In this document: in pieces, positions 29,379-39,762 of the stretch
How the letters are laid out: each line of letters opens with the position of its first letter
How positions within the stretch are numbered: position 1 is the stretch's first letter
Assembly (NCBI RefSeq): GCF_018977255.1
Contig: NW_024704742.1
Coordinates: 50,904,001 to 50,968,000, forward strand
Source of the DNA: Callorhinchus milii
Taxonomy: Eukaryota
DNA length: 64,000 bases
Direction of reading: 5' to 3'
Made by a program: the position numbers and the translations under genes
Notes under the pieces: model-generated
Told to the model about the DNA's origin: nothing
The model's database searches: none
The model's input: only the letters and a program-made list of their open reading frames with translations

Positions 29379-29908
29379 CTGAACGGGGGAAAAAGTTGCT
29401 TAGTACCTGGATCAATAATGCAATATTCATAAACAGGATTTAAGTCACTAACTATAACTTTCAGCTTGCAGGTTTCAGACTGTGAGTTTCTCAAACTGTG
29501 AAAGCCATGACAGCAACTTCCACAAAAAGGCTGATGAGTAAAACATTGTTTGAAAGTTGCCAGCATTTCTCTCGCCGGCCTTTGCCAGTTTAGGACTTGC
29601 AACTTAGGGGTTGCAGATGTGCTGAATTCCAAAATAAATATGATGTTAGTGTTTAACAGCTCTTAAACGGATGAGGTGCAGGACTTTACCTTGCATGAAT
29701 GCAGCGTAACTGTCAATTTGAATTTAAATAAGAATAATATTTTCATACCGCGTGACGGTGTGAACGTTACGACTGTTGATGTTTTAATTAACAGCTGAAA
29801 TATACAGCCTGTAAATGTCTAAGTTGTTGACCACGGGTGTTACATCTCACTAAAATGACCAAAAGACACTGTTATACAATAAACGTGCAGTTAGAACACA
29901 TCACCTAC

Positions 29909-29993
29909 TCGATATTGATATGATGGCAGGCGTTCGCTCAAGGAATATTCGTCCATTGCATCATTATTTAGACTCATTTCGGTCGCCACTGCT
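29909..29993 (-). CDS. TXK: TXK exon: AVATEMSLNNDAMDEYSLSERLPSYQYR
   Basis: 85-nt exon, ttgcag/gtaggt, links both flanking exons in frame. Weak similarity to human QMRTQISL. Confidence 0.8.
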
Positions 29994-30123
29994 CTGCAAT
30001 TTAAAACAAAGCAAACAGTGTTGAGCATAACATTGAGAGTATAGACACAGTCTGCATAGTTTCACTTAAAGTAAATGAATGCATTTCAGGGGAACATGAC
30101 AATCATAACAAAAACAAACTTAC

Positions 30124-30172
30124 CGGTTTTGAAGTGAGCAGCAACAGCAAAACACCGACTGCATTGTGTGGT
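30124..30172 (-). CDS. TXK: TXK cysteine-string exon: HTMQSVFCCCCSLQN(R); possible start ATG at 30164
   Basis: 49-nt exon, tttacag/gtaagt. Matches the diagnostic human TXK N-terminus NTIQSVFCCCCCCSVQKR. Confidence 0.92.
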
Positions 30173-30538
30173 CTGTAAAGGAAGAAATTTAAAAATAACC
30201 ATTATTCATAATATGGATTAAACGTTCCCTCAGACACTTCTGAAATATCCAGGTGCCTGAGAATATTTGGGTGTACTAAGTTAATTTTATAGGGCATCCT
30301 TTCTTCCTGATACTATAGCCCCATTGTTCAGTGTCATTCTGACTCAATCGCTTTTGGCTCAGAGGTTTGTTGGTTCAAGCCCTGTGTTGGTACATTAAGT
30401 TTCCAGTCTAGATTGACACTCCAGTGCAGATTGGGGAGTGTTACATTATTGGAGGAGCTGTCCTTCACATGAGATGTTAAACTTGGGTTCTGTCTGCTTG
30501 TTCAAACAAATAAATAAACAAACAAATTCCACTTATAT

Positions 30539-30645
30539 GCTAAAACAGAAGTCGCTGGGAACACTCAGCAGGTCAGGCAGCATCTATGGAGAAAGGAAAG
30601 CGAGTCAACATTTTGGGTCCATGACCCTTCATCAGAACTGGGGCA
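30539..30645 (-). mobile_element. Penelope-like element terminal fragment with degenerate hammerhead motif
   Basis: Minus strand reads ttctgatgaagggtcatggacccaaaatgttgactc...gatgctgcctgacctgctgag...cagcgacttctgtttt. This resembles chondrichthyan PLE termini as I recall them. Confidence 0.6.
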
Positions 30646-31135
30646 TGTTGGGAGGGAGAGGCTTTTAAGGGCTAACAGACAGGGGGGAGGTAGGGCAAGG
30701 AAGACAAAGGTAAATATCCATTTACATAGTGTCTTTCACGTCAGGAGAATATCCCAAGGCACTGAACAGTTGAGAGTTTGCACCTGAGCTGGGGTTCAGG
30801 AGGGGTGGGGGGCAAGTGGGGTTTTGGGAAGATGACCGAATGTGTGGTCCAAGAATAAGCTGTTGAGTTGGACCTTGAAAGAGGCAAGGGAAGGAGCAAG
30901 GCAAAGGGACTCCAGGATGGACTTCTAGAGAGTGGGAGCGGATAGGTTGAAGGCCCGAAAGACGATGGTATAGCATACAGGGTAGGGGATGTTCAGTTGC
31001 TTTTAAAGATCCTAAGTCACTCTTTAACAATGTCCTGGCCAACAATCCTCCACATAAACTGATCATTCACCTGAAAGCTGAATTTGTGTGCAAATTGGCT
31101 GCCATATTTGGCTAAAACATACGATAAACATACGT

Positions 31136-31450
31136 GGAGTCCTGTAGCTCAGTGGTTAGAGCACTCGCTTTGCAAGCGAGAGACCTGAGTTCAATTCCAG
31201 GCAGGGCGAACCCATGGGCAAGTTTCCTTACTCCATACACCTAATAATAATCCCTCCAAAACCAAAAACAATTATGAATTGGTCATTTTCAATCTACGAC
31301 TGTTTGTGGGACATTGCTGTGCGCAATTGGCTGCCGCGTTCGCCCACAAATATACAGTCAATTCACTTTACAGTGTGTTCTGTGAAGCGCTTTGGGACAT
31401 CCTCCCGACGTGAAAAGCGCTATATCAAATGCAAGGATTATTATTATTAT
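31136..31450 (+). mobile_element. Full-length young SINE
   Basis: A box TAGCTCAGTGG, anticodon arm ctcgc-tttgcaa-gcgag, B box GTTCAATTCC, (TTA)n tail. Confidence 0.9.
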
Positions 31451-34400
31451 TAAACTCCTTTGAGACACTTTAACAATATAAGGTACCATATCATATACAA
31501 CAATTATTATTATTATTACTATTATAATACGTTATAATGTTAAACATCCTATAACCCTATTCAAAAAGAAAAGCAAGAACAGAAATTGGAATTGGCTTTG
31601 GTATTAAAAGCAGGCAAATGTTCTGGCCTGCAGCAGGGGGAACCTATGTGTAATGATAATAATTCTTGTGTTTGCTATAGCAATGCTTAAATCAAAGATC
31701 TTTACAGTAAGTGTGTATTTGTAGTCAAACACAGCAACCAATTTCCCTACAGGAAGGGGTAAATGAATAATTTATCTGGAGGATTGCTGGCCAGCTCACC
31801 AAGAGACTTTTCTTCTCTGTTTGAACAGTGTAATGGGTTATTTAAAACAGATAGGATGTCAGTTTGATGTCTCATCCAAGAGACACTACTTTGAGAATGC
31901 AGCACTCCCCGAATACTGTACTGGACTATCAAATTAGAGCTTCCTTGAACGCACAATCTTCTGACCCAAAGACTGCTATCAAGTGCTACTTGATACCTGC
32001 TGAGACAAGCTGACAACTACAAGCTGATATAGCAGTCTTGTGCTCACTGCCTAGTAGCCAAATATATCATTGGAACCATCTCTACACGTGCAACTGTTTT
32101 AACAATCCTGCAGCAACTGTTTTAACAATCCTGTTGGTCCTGTGCTAATGTAGATCTTAGAACCACGGCATAGACCATAGCTCTGTAACACATGTACATC
32201 ACTGGTTACAAAACAGATGTCAAGCCTTGTGCTATTTTCATGCCCTTCTTTTAAACCAAATAAGGTTATTACGCAGAATTACAAAGAATGTTGCAGCACA
32301 GAAGCAGGCCATTCATTCCAACTTGTTTGTGCCGGTGTTTACATTCTACATGAAGCTCCACACCTCCCAATCCCATTTCCCATACCCTGGGTGGGTATAA
32401 TAAAATGAATAGATCAATGGGCTGAAAGATCTTCCTCATCTGAACCTCTCCTATGGTATTGTGAAATACTTACATGATATCCCTTGAGGTAGTGTATGGG
32501 AGGCAAGTATTTTATTGTCAAGCCATTTATTCACTCACAAAATATACAGTCAATTCACTTTACAGTACATCTTGTGAAGTGTTTTGGGATGTTGTAACGG
32601 TGTGATAAAGTGCAATATCTAATGCAAGGATTATTATTATAGATTGCTATGCCATAAGCACGTCAGTCAAACATCAAGTAACATATAAGATGATGAAGTA
32701 TTATGTTGATGGCAATAACCTTTGTCCTTGATCCCTGAATTTAACATTGCTTATCCAAAATACTGTCCATTGGCTACAGATAATTTAAATTATAGTTTAG
32801 GGATTACTGCTCTGAAGTAACTTCGATAAATCAATTATTACAATATATTCTGTGAAGCTCTTTGAGATGTCCAGAAGACGTAATAAAGTGCAATATCAAA
32901 TGCAAGGATTATTATTATTATTTGCCAAGGAAACCACCTCATTTTATTTGTTTGGTTGTTTTGTGTCACCTTTTCAACAGTAAGGTTTTTTTTGAGTTTC
33001 ATACTTTAACATATGTCCATTTAGGAAATAAAAGTGATTCTCTAATTCTTTTCATTGTTGTTAACCATAAAATTAGGGGTACTTGTAATTCCCTTTATAG
33101 AAATAGGTTTACACATGGTTAGCCCAAACCCGCAAATTGGACATGAGAATGTTAATGTTTACTTTCACCATCTTAAAGATAAAATATTTTCCCTTCATGT
33201 AATTTTAGATTACGAGTACAATTAAGAGTCAACTTACTTATCAATGGTGTTGATTCATGCAGATGAAAATAAAAACAATGCAACATAGATATTCTGAATA
33301 GATTCCAGTCCAGGAAATCCCTTGATAAATAGAAGATAAATACATTCCCATCCGTAGTCCTCCACAGGCAAGTCTTTAACACTTGTGAAAGAAATAACCA
33401 AGGAAATAACCAGGTCCTGTAGTCAATGCCATGTGCTGACTTTTAGTATTGTTAATGTTTCAGGATTATTGTCCATGTTGTGCTAAGTCACAACAACAAA
33501 AAGGAAACCATACATCTATGTGAAAGACCAGCTAGCAGATATGAGCGTAGAGCAATGGCTCTAAGGAAAGCCCAAATTTGGATCTTCGTCTTGACTGATA
33601 TCCGCTGCTTGTGGTTTCTCTCAAGACTAAGTTGGTTAGTCAGCCAAGTCACCTGAGGGAGTGGAAGGACTTCCTTTGTACTACTCTGGCCTGCTTAGTG
33701 GGTTAGCTCAGGAACTGGTCAGTGGCTGAGTCAATTCATCTGAATGTAGAGAACTAATCCAGAGGGAGAAAAGAATAACATGACAGTCACATTACTGACC
33801 GAAGTCCAGAATGGAGATTAGGAAAAATGTTTTCACACAGAGAGTGGTAGGAGTGTGGAATTCTCTGTTTCAGTCAGTTGTTGGGGTGGTAACCCATGTG
33901 GACCTTTCATAGAAAGAATGGACATATTGTTAAGAGGGAATAAAATTGAGGATATGCAGTGGTGGAGGGGCTGGGGCAGGGTGGGGTAGTGGTGGGGGGG
34001 GGGGGAGATATGGGACTAGGCATAAGATCTAGGATAGATTCTCATGTGGAATATAAACATCAGCCAAACTGGATGGGCTGAATGGCCTGTTTCTGAGCTG
34101 TACCTTCTGTGAATCTATAAAACCCATAGAAGAGTTCTGAGACTTAGCATAACTGAATTTATTGGGAGGTCTCTAGCAGTCTCCTGCCAAACCAAACCCT
34201 ACATGATGATTATCCATAATCTTACAATTCTGAATGCTCACTTAAATATGTTTAGACACTAAGATAGTTTCACCTTTTAATTGTATGTACACCAATTTAA
34301 TTGGTGTACAAGATATTAATTTGAGCAAATGCCTCATTCATAGAGATAAAATGTTTAGCTCCTTGTGACTGTTATTAAGGAGGAGACTGTCAAGGTATAA

Positions 34401-34984
34401 AAGGAAAGCAGTTGGCAAGTTGAACTTCTTGTTGGTAAACTGGGATGCCATTTGCTCAAGAATTCATTATGGTCAATTTAAAGAAAGCCTTTGAAGACCT
34501 AAAGATGAATAGTATATATTTAGCTACAGAACCGTAAAGACCTCCACATTTTAGTTATGAAGCATCAGCATCAATATGCTGGATAAAGATTTCTATTTAT
34601 AACTGGGGTTGTAGGCGGTGTCATATTACTTTGTTGCAGTTCATTAATGGAACATTAAGATTCAGGGTAAAATTCAAAGATATGCAGATTGTGCGAAACA
34701 CATTGATAGGTCATGTGATGGGAAATATGTTGCTTCGTTGAACCTGGCAACCTTTCGATCAGAGAACCAATGCTGAGAAATACCACACAACATTTTTTTC
34801 CACAGCTGCAAAATGGTGTTTTATTTTTGAATCAGGCATTTACAATCCCACTCACAACATTACACCTAGGCCCAACCTAAGGGTGACTAAAGCTATGGTT
34901 GAAGAGATTGCTTTCCAGGAGACCTACTAACAGCAGGCATAGGTATTGTACTAGTTGACAGAGGCTAAATACCATAGGACAGGT

Positions 34985-35412
34985 GTCAACCTGTCTCAAT
35001 TAATGGCACTCTCACTTCTGAGTCAGAAGATTATGAGTTCAAGTCCCATGTTAGGACTTTGAATGCACAGTCAAGGTTGTCACTCTAATGCAGTGCTAGA
35101 GGAGTACTTCATTGTCAGACCTGCTGTCTTTCGGATGAGATGTTAATCAAAATCACACCTGTCTGTCCAGGTGGGCATTAAAGACTCCATGGTACTGTTC
35201 AAAAAGAGAAAGGAGTTTCTCCTGGTGTCCTGTCCAACAAACCCCACAAGTAAGATTGGTCATTTACTTCATGGCAGTTTGTGGGACACTTGTGGAAATT
35301 GGCTGCCATATTTGTCCATAAAACATAAAGTCACTGCACTTCACAATATATCTTGTGAAGTGCTGTGGGATGTCCTCCTGACTTGAAAGGTACTATACCA
35401 AATGCAAGGATA
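34985..35412 (+). mobile_element. Old DeuSINE-like (SacSINE1/AmnSINE1-related) element. Similar relics near 14720-15200, 21400-21690, 22120-22380, 25780-26110, 26710-26960, 31690-31970 and 59310-59650
   Basis: Central gctgtctttcggatgagatgttaa...aaagactccatgg...ctcctggtgtcctg domain, tRNA-like head and L2-type tail. Confidence 0.7.
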
Positions 35413-36799
35413 ATTGATTGATGGTACTAGAGGGCATAGTTACTGAAGGCTCTGCCTCCAATGGCAGCGATTTAGAAGTTTAAAATAATAGAAACTTGAG
35501 GTACTAGTTGACACCTGGTGTACACGGAGCAATATTCCAATAAAAGGTAAAAAACAGTCAGTTGTTCTCAGGAGAGAATTAAAGAGTGAAAAATTAAACC
35601 ATTTGTGAGTTGTTTTTAATTAAAATATTTTGTTAAACTCTGCATTCCTCTTAATCCGGTTGTTGCCAAGTTCCATTTGTTCCATCTCCCAATGGATAAA
35701 TGCCCTCACCCTCACCTAGAAATCCTTCCACACTCCACTATCTTCTTATCTTTCTGATCTCCTCCTACCCCACTTTTGCTCACTCCCACTGCTCAGCAAA
35801 CTCAGGCTTGCTGCATGTCCCCACCCTCTCCATAACACCATCAGTACCTGAGCCTTCAGATACTACACCACAAATCTCTAGAACTCCCTCCCTCTCCGTC
35901 TCATCCCCTCTCTGTCCTTAAGCCTTGCCTTAAAACCTATAACCACGCCTATGGCCATTTCTTTGTCTCCCTTGCTCAGTGTTGGACCCCATGTTTGTAC
36001 AGTCCTCAGAGACCTTATTACACATGAAGAAGCTGTATAAATGCAAGTTGTTGATGTTAAAACATTGAAGGAGAAAGTACTTTAAATTACTTTGTGCCTT
36101 TCAATCAGTTTTCTTTTGTCAGAATTGTTTTTAATTAGCTGTGCTACACAAAAAAAAAGTTTCCCTTCCTTTTTCTTTCCTCTCTTTTACATATCTATAG
36201 TATGTATTATTCAGAGTCTCATTTCATATCCTGTCACTTAATTTTCTCTGAGGAAGTGGTCTATGTCCACTTGACACTTCCTACCATCAGCCTAGATGTA
36301 ATTGGAAACTCATCGTATGTGTGGGGGTAACTGTGAACATTGAACTGCGTCCAAACACAAGTCCATTAACACGTTACATCATCAGTGGCAACTCATTTAA
36401 CATGTTTTCAATGGTTCTCTTGTGCGCACAAGTTTTTGGAATCAGTTCTGTAATCTGAATTCCTGAGAACATATAACAGCACACAGACACCAGCACCAAA
36501 TTATACAAAGACCAGAAAATGGTGAGTGGAAAGGTGCATCTGTGGCTGTTTATTTTACTCAATATCAGTATCTGACATTTGAGAGTTTATTATTTTTACT
36601 TATTATTTTTACATTATGTCAGCCGAGAGGCTGATGTAAAATGCATCTGTAAAATGTAATAGAGAGAACAAATAGTCTGTGACATGGTCACATGCCTCTT
36701 GTGGAGAAGATGATGCGGCTTTTGAGCGCAGTATGAGCACCCGAATAGAAAGAGACCCAGCAGTGAGAGCAAGGCACGAAGGAAATGCAGCACACTGAC

Positions 36800-36846
36800 C
36801 ATGGACGCAGGAACCCTCACTCCTGGGTATCAATATTTCTTGAATT
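36800..36846 (-). CDS. TXK: Speculative TXK upstream exon: IQEILIPRSEGSCVH(D); could be a 5' UTR exon
   Basis: tttcttgatttatggcag acceptor and ATG|gtcagt donor. 47 nt, open and in frame with the Cys-string exon. Confidence 0.3.
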
Positions 36847-37584
36847 CTGCCATAAATCAAGAAATATTCAATCAAGAAAAAAACTGAAAACACTACCGTT
36901 CGAACACAGACTTACATTGATTCGTCCAAATGTTGGGGGGTGGGGGGGGGGTGGGGGGGGGGGCACTTCCTGGCAGCCCCCTGGGCGACTTCTAGCCTGC
37001 GGATCATAGGTTGGCAACTACTGATATAAACCAGAGTGGTCCAACCATTGTCCTGCTGGAGCCCAAAACATCAGCAGGCCACATAAGCAATATTTTTGTG
37101 TTTCTCTTCCAGAAACATAACAATTACATATTGTAGAAAGGACATCTCAATCGCTCAACACTGCTGGCTGGGTGGGAGCCAAGGGAGGAGGGGTGGGGAA
37201 GGGAAAAGATGACCGAAAGTGCAGTCAAAGAGTTAGGTCTTGACGTGCTTTGATATAGTGGAGGGAGGGAGAGAGTCTGAGGGTTTTTGGGAAGGGAGCT
37301 TCAGACAGAGGAGGCAAATTGGCAATGGTGGGGCGGATGGGGTGAGGGGGACATGAAGCAAGCTGGTGTTTGCTGGGCAAAGGGAATGGCTGGATTGGGG
37401 ATATCTCAGAGATAGGGTGGGAATGAAGGCCGTAGAGGAGTTTCTCACTGGGGAAAGAGGGAGCTTGCTGTGAGGAACGCACATCAGGTTGCTGAGAGTC
37501 TGTCTTCAGTCTTCCCCATGGTGGCCAACGGAGGCTCCGATCATCCGTCCTGACAGTGAACCACAAAACATTGTCCTCAGTTCC

Positions 37585-37810
37585 CCTCTCCCTCATGCTC
37601 TCTCACTCGCTGCTTCTCTCTCTCCCTCTTCCTTATGCGCTCTCTCTCTCTCCATCTCTGTCAATGAATGACTTTCTCTCCCCTTCTCTCTCTCTCAATC
37701 ATGCTTCCCTCTCTTTCTCAATCACTCTCTCTCTCACACACTCTCTCCCTCTTTCACAAACCCTCTTTCTCTTTCAATTACTCTCTCTCACTCCCCCTCT
37801 TTCACACCCT
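37585..37810. repeat. Imperfect (CT)n low-complexity tract
   Basis: About 220-bp pyrimidine-rich tract of ctctct runs. Confidence 0.85.
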
Positions 37811-38504
37811 CTGGAAAAAATTATTCTGTTCTATAATTCCTTTAGGACTTTAGTCATAATTTAAAATAGAGCTCAGACTGATAACCAGTCTGCCATTTAA
37901 GGTCAAGTAGCATCAACAGCAACATTAGATGGATGTTCAAAGATCTTCACACAGATGGCAGAGAACCCGAGGTGAGGTGGGGAAAGGTGGGTGGGGGGGG
38001 AAGAGAAAGCGGGGAGATCTGAAATGGGGGAGGGGGAGAAAGTTGGTTGAAAGCACAGTCGAACGCACAGTCAAAGAGGTAGGTCTTGACGGGTTTTGAA
38101 TGCCAACTGAGAGGGAAGGTAGAGGGACTAGTAGTAGATGGAATGCCAAAAGTGGGGACCAAGTGTCTGAAATGATGGTGGACTGGGGAGCCAGGGGAGC
38201 TAAGTGAGGATGGGAAAGCGGGCTTGAGGAACCTGGTGCGAGAGACGACACAGGCAAGGACAACTGAAAAATACCGTACCATAGAATTACTATGATATAT
38301 AATTTCTAATTCTGTGTCATAATTGAAGTTTGCAATTGCAACATTGTGAGATGCAATTGAAACCTACACATTTCTATCAATATTATCAAGGCAGGAAATA
38401 GAGCATGTGTATGAAAACCTCGAGCAGTACCGGAAACTCCTGTCTTCCTGTCTTTAGTATATGCATCACATCTGTTACCCTCTCCACCTCAAAACAATTT
38501 TTAC

Positions 38505-38521
38505 CTTATTAAACCAACCAT
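38505..38521 (-). CDS. TXK: Speculative TXK first coding exon: MVGLI(R)
   Basis: ATG in good Kozak context (gcaATGG), AG|gtaaaa donor, phase-compatible with 36846-36800. No homology support. Confidence 0.25.
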
Positions 38522-39756
38522 TGCCACAGGAGGAAAAAGTACCAATATGTTCACGTTCTTCCTTGCAAGGGCCGATTTTGTCCAACTATTTTGTCCAAAA
38601 ATAACAAAACCCTTCTCCTTGCACTAATACTTTCAGTAGATGTATTATTTTTTTCTTTTCAAAATTGCAAAAGTCACTGAGTGATCACCACAAACCTGAT
38701 ATTTACGTACATGTGCCTTATCATTCGAAAGAAATTGGAAAAAATGTGTGTACGTCTCAATCGGCTGCAGCAAATCAAGACATATTTGCATAAGTCAATA
38801 TACAGTCAATTCACTTTACAGTATATTCTGTGAAGCGCTTTGAGACGTCTCGAAGACGTGATGAGGCGCTATATCAAATACAAAGATTACTATTATATGA
38901 TGTGAACTCAGCAGGTCCTCACCCTCACCTAGAAATCCTACTGATATAAACCATTGTGTAAATAAATATATTCAAACAAACTAAAGTGTAATTAAAGAAA
39001 TAGAACCATGGAAATCTATAGAACAGAAAGCATCTATTCCGTACATCGTGTCTGTGCTGGATCTTTTAGAAAGCAATCCTGTCAGTCCTTTTTCCCCATA
39101 GCCCTGTCGTTGATTCATTTTAGATATCTATCCTGTCCTCTTTTGAAAGCGAATATGGATTCTGCCTCAACCACCATTCCCAGTCGGTGATCCTATATGC
39201 TAACAACCCTCTGCATGAAAATTAATGGTGGATGTATTAAAAATGTTTTTAATACATTTCTACTCAAATATTTGAGTACTTAAAAAAAAATTGGGGATGT
39301 CAGTTTTTTTAACTTTCATTTCAATCTCAATATAAAACATTCATTTACAGGTATACAATCACTGTCCTTTACTGTAAACCATGTGAAGCACTTTGCTTTG
39401 CACTATTGCACCATGATAAAAGCGCGAGACATGTTTTAAATTTTTTTAAAACTTTGTTATATTAAAAAAAACTAATTCTTTTGTAGTATATCTTGGTGCC
39501 CTCTGCCATGTAATTAAGTTCAAATATTTGGGCCAGCAAAATTAAAATTGGAATTGTTTTAATATAAACGTAATATTGTATTACTTTATTGGTAGTAACA
39601 GACAGTATAATGGTTCATGTCTTTTGTTTTTCAGATAGCACACTTTGCGTAGAATCAATATTAATACAAGATTGAATTTGAAACATGTAGCATATTGTAT
39701 GAAAAAGTGAATTACCAAACAATACTTATTTTAAACTAACATTAAGTTGTAAATGT

Positions 39757-39762
39757 TTTATT
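39757..39762 (-). terminator. Candidate TEC polyadenylation signal (AATAAA)
   Basis: tttatt on the + strand, followed on the minus strand by a U/GU-rich tract (ttgtttggtaattcactttttc). It ends an AT-rich, repeat-poor stretch. A second hexamer lies at 39585-39590. Confidence 0.35.

Noticed and set aside
31136..31205. tRNA-Ala-like sequence (A/B boxes, TGC or CGC anticodon arm) at SINE heads
   Set aside because: No acceptor-stem 3' strand, and it is always fused to the SINE body. These are SINE heads, not tRNA genes.
34286..34310. Small hairpin tgtacaccaat-tta-attggtgtaca, and a 23-bp tandem duplication at about 32090
   Set aside because: Too short and isolated to assign a function.
36935..36963. 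Poly-G run (potential G-quadruplex)
   Set aside because: Simple homopolymer, similar to the one at about 33990 and prone to sequencing error.
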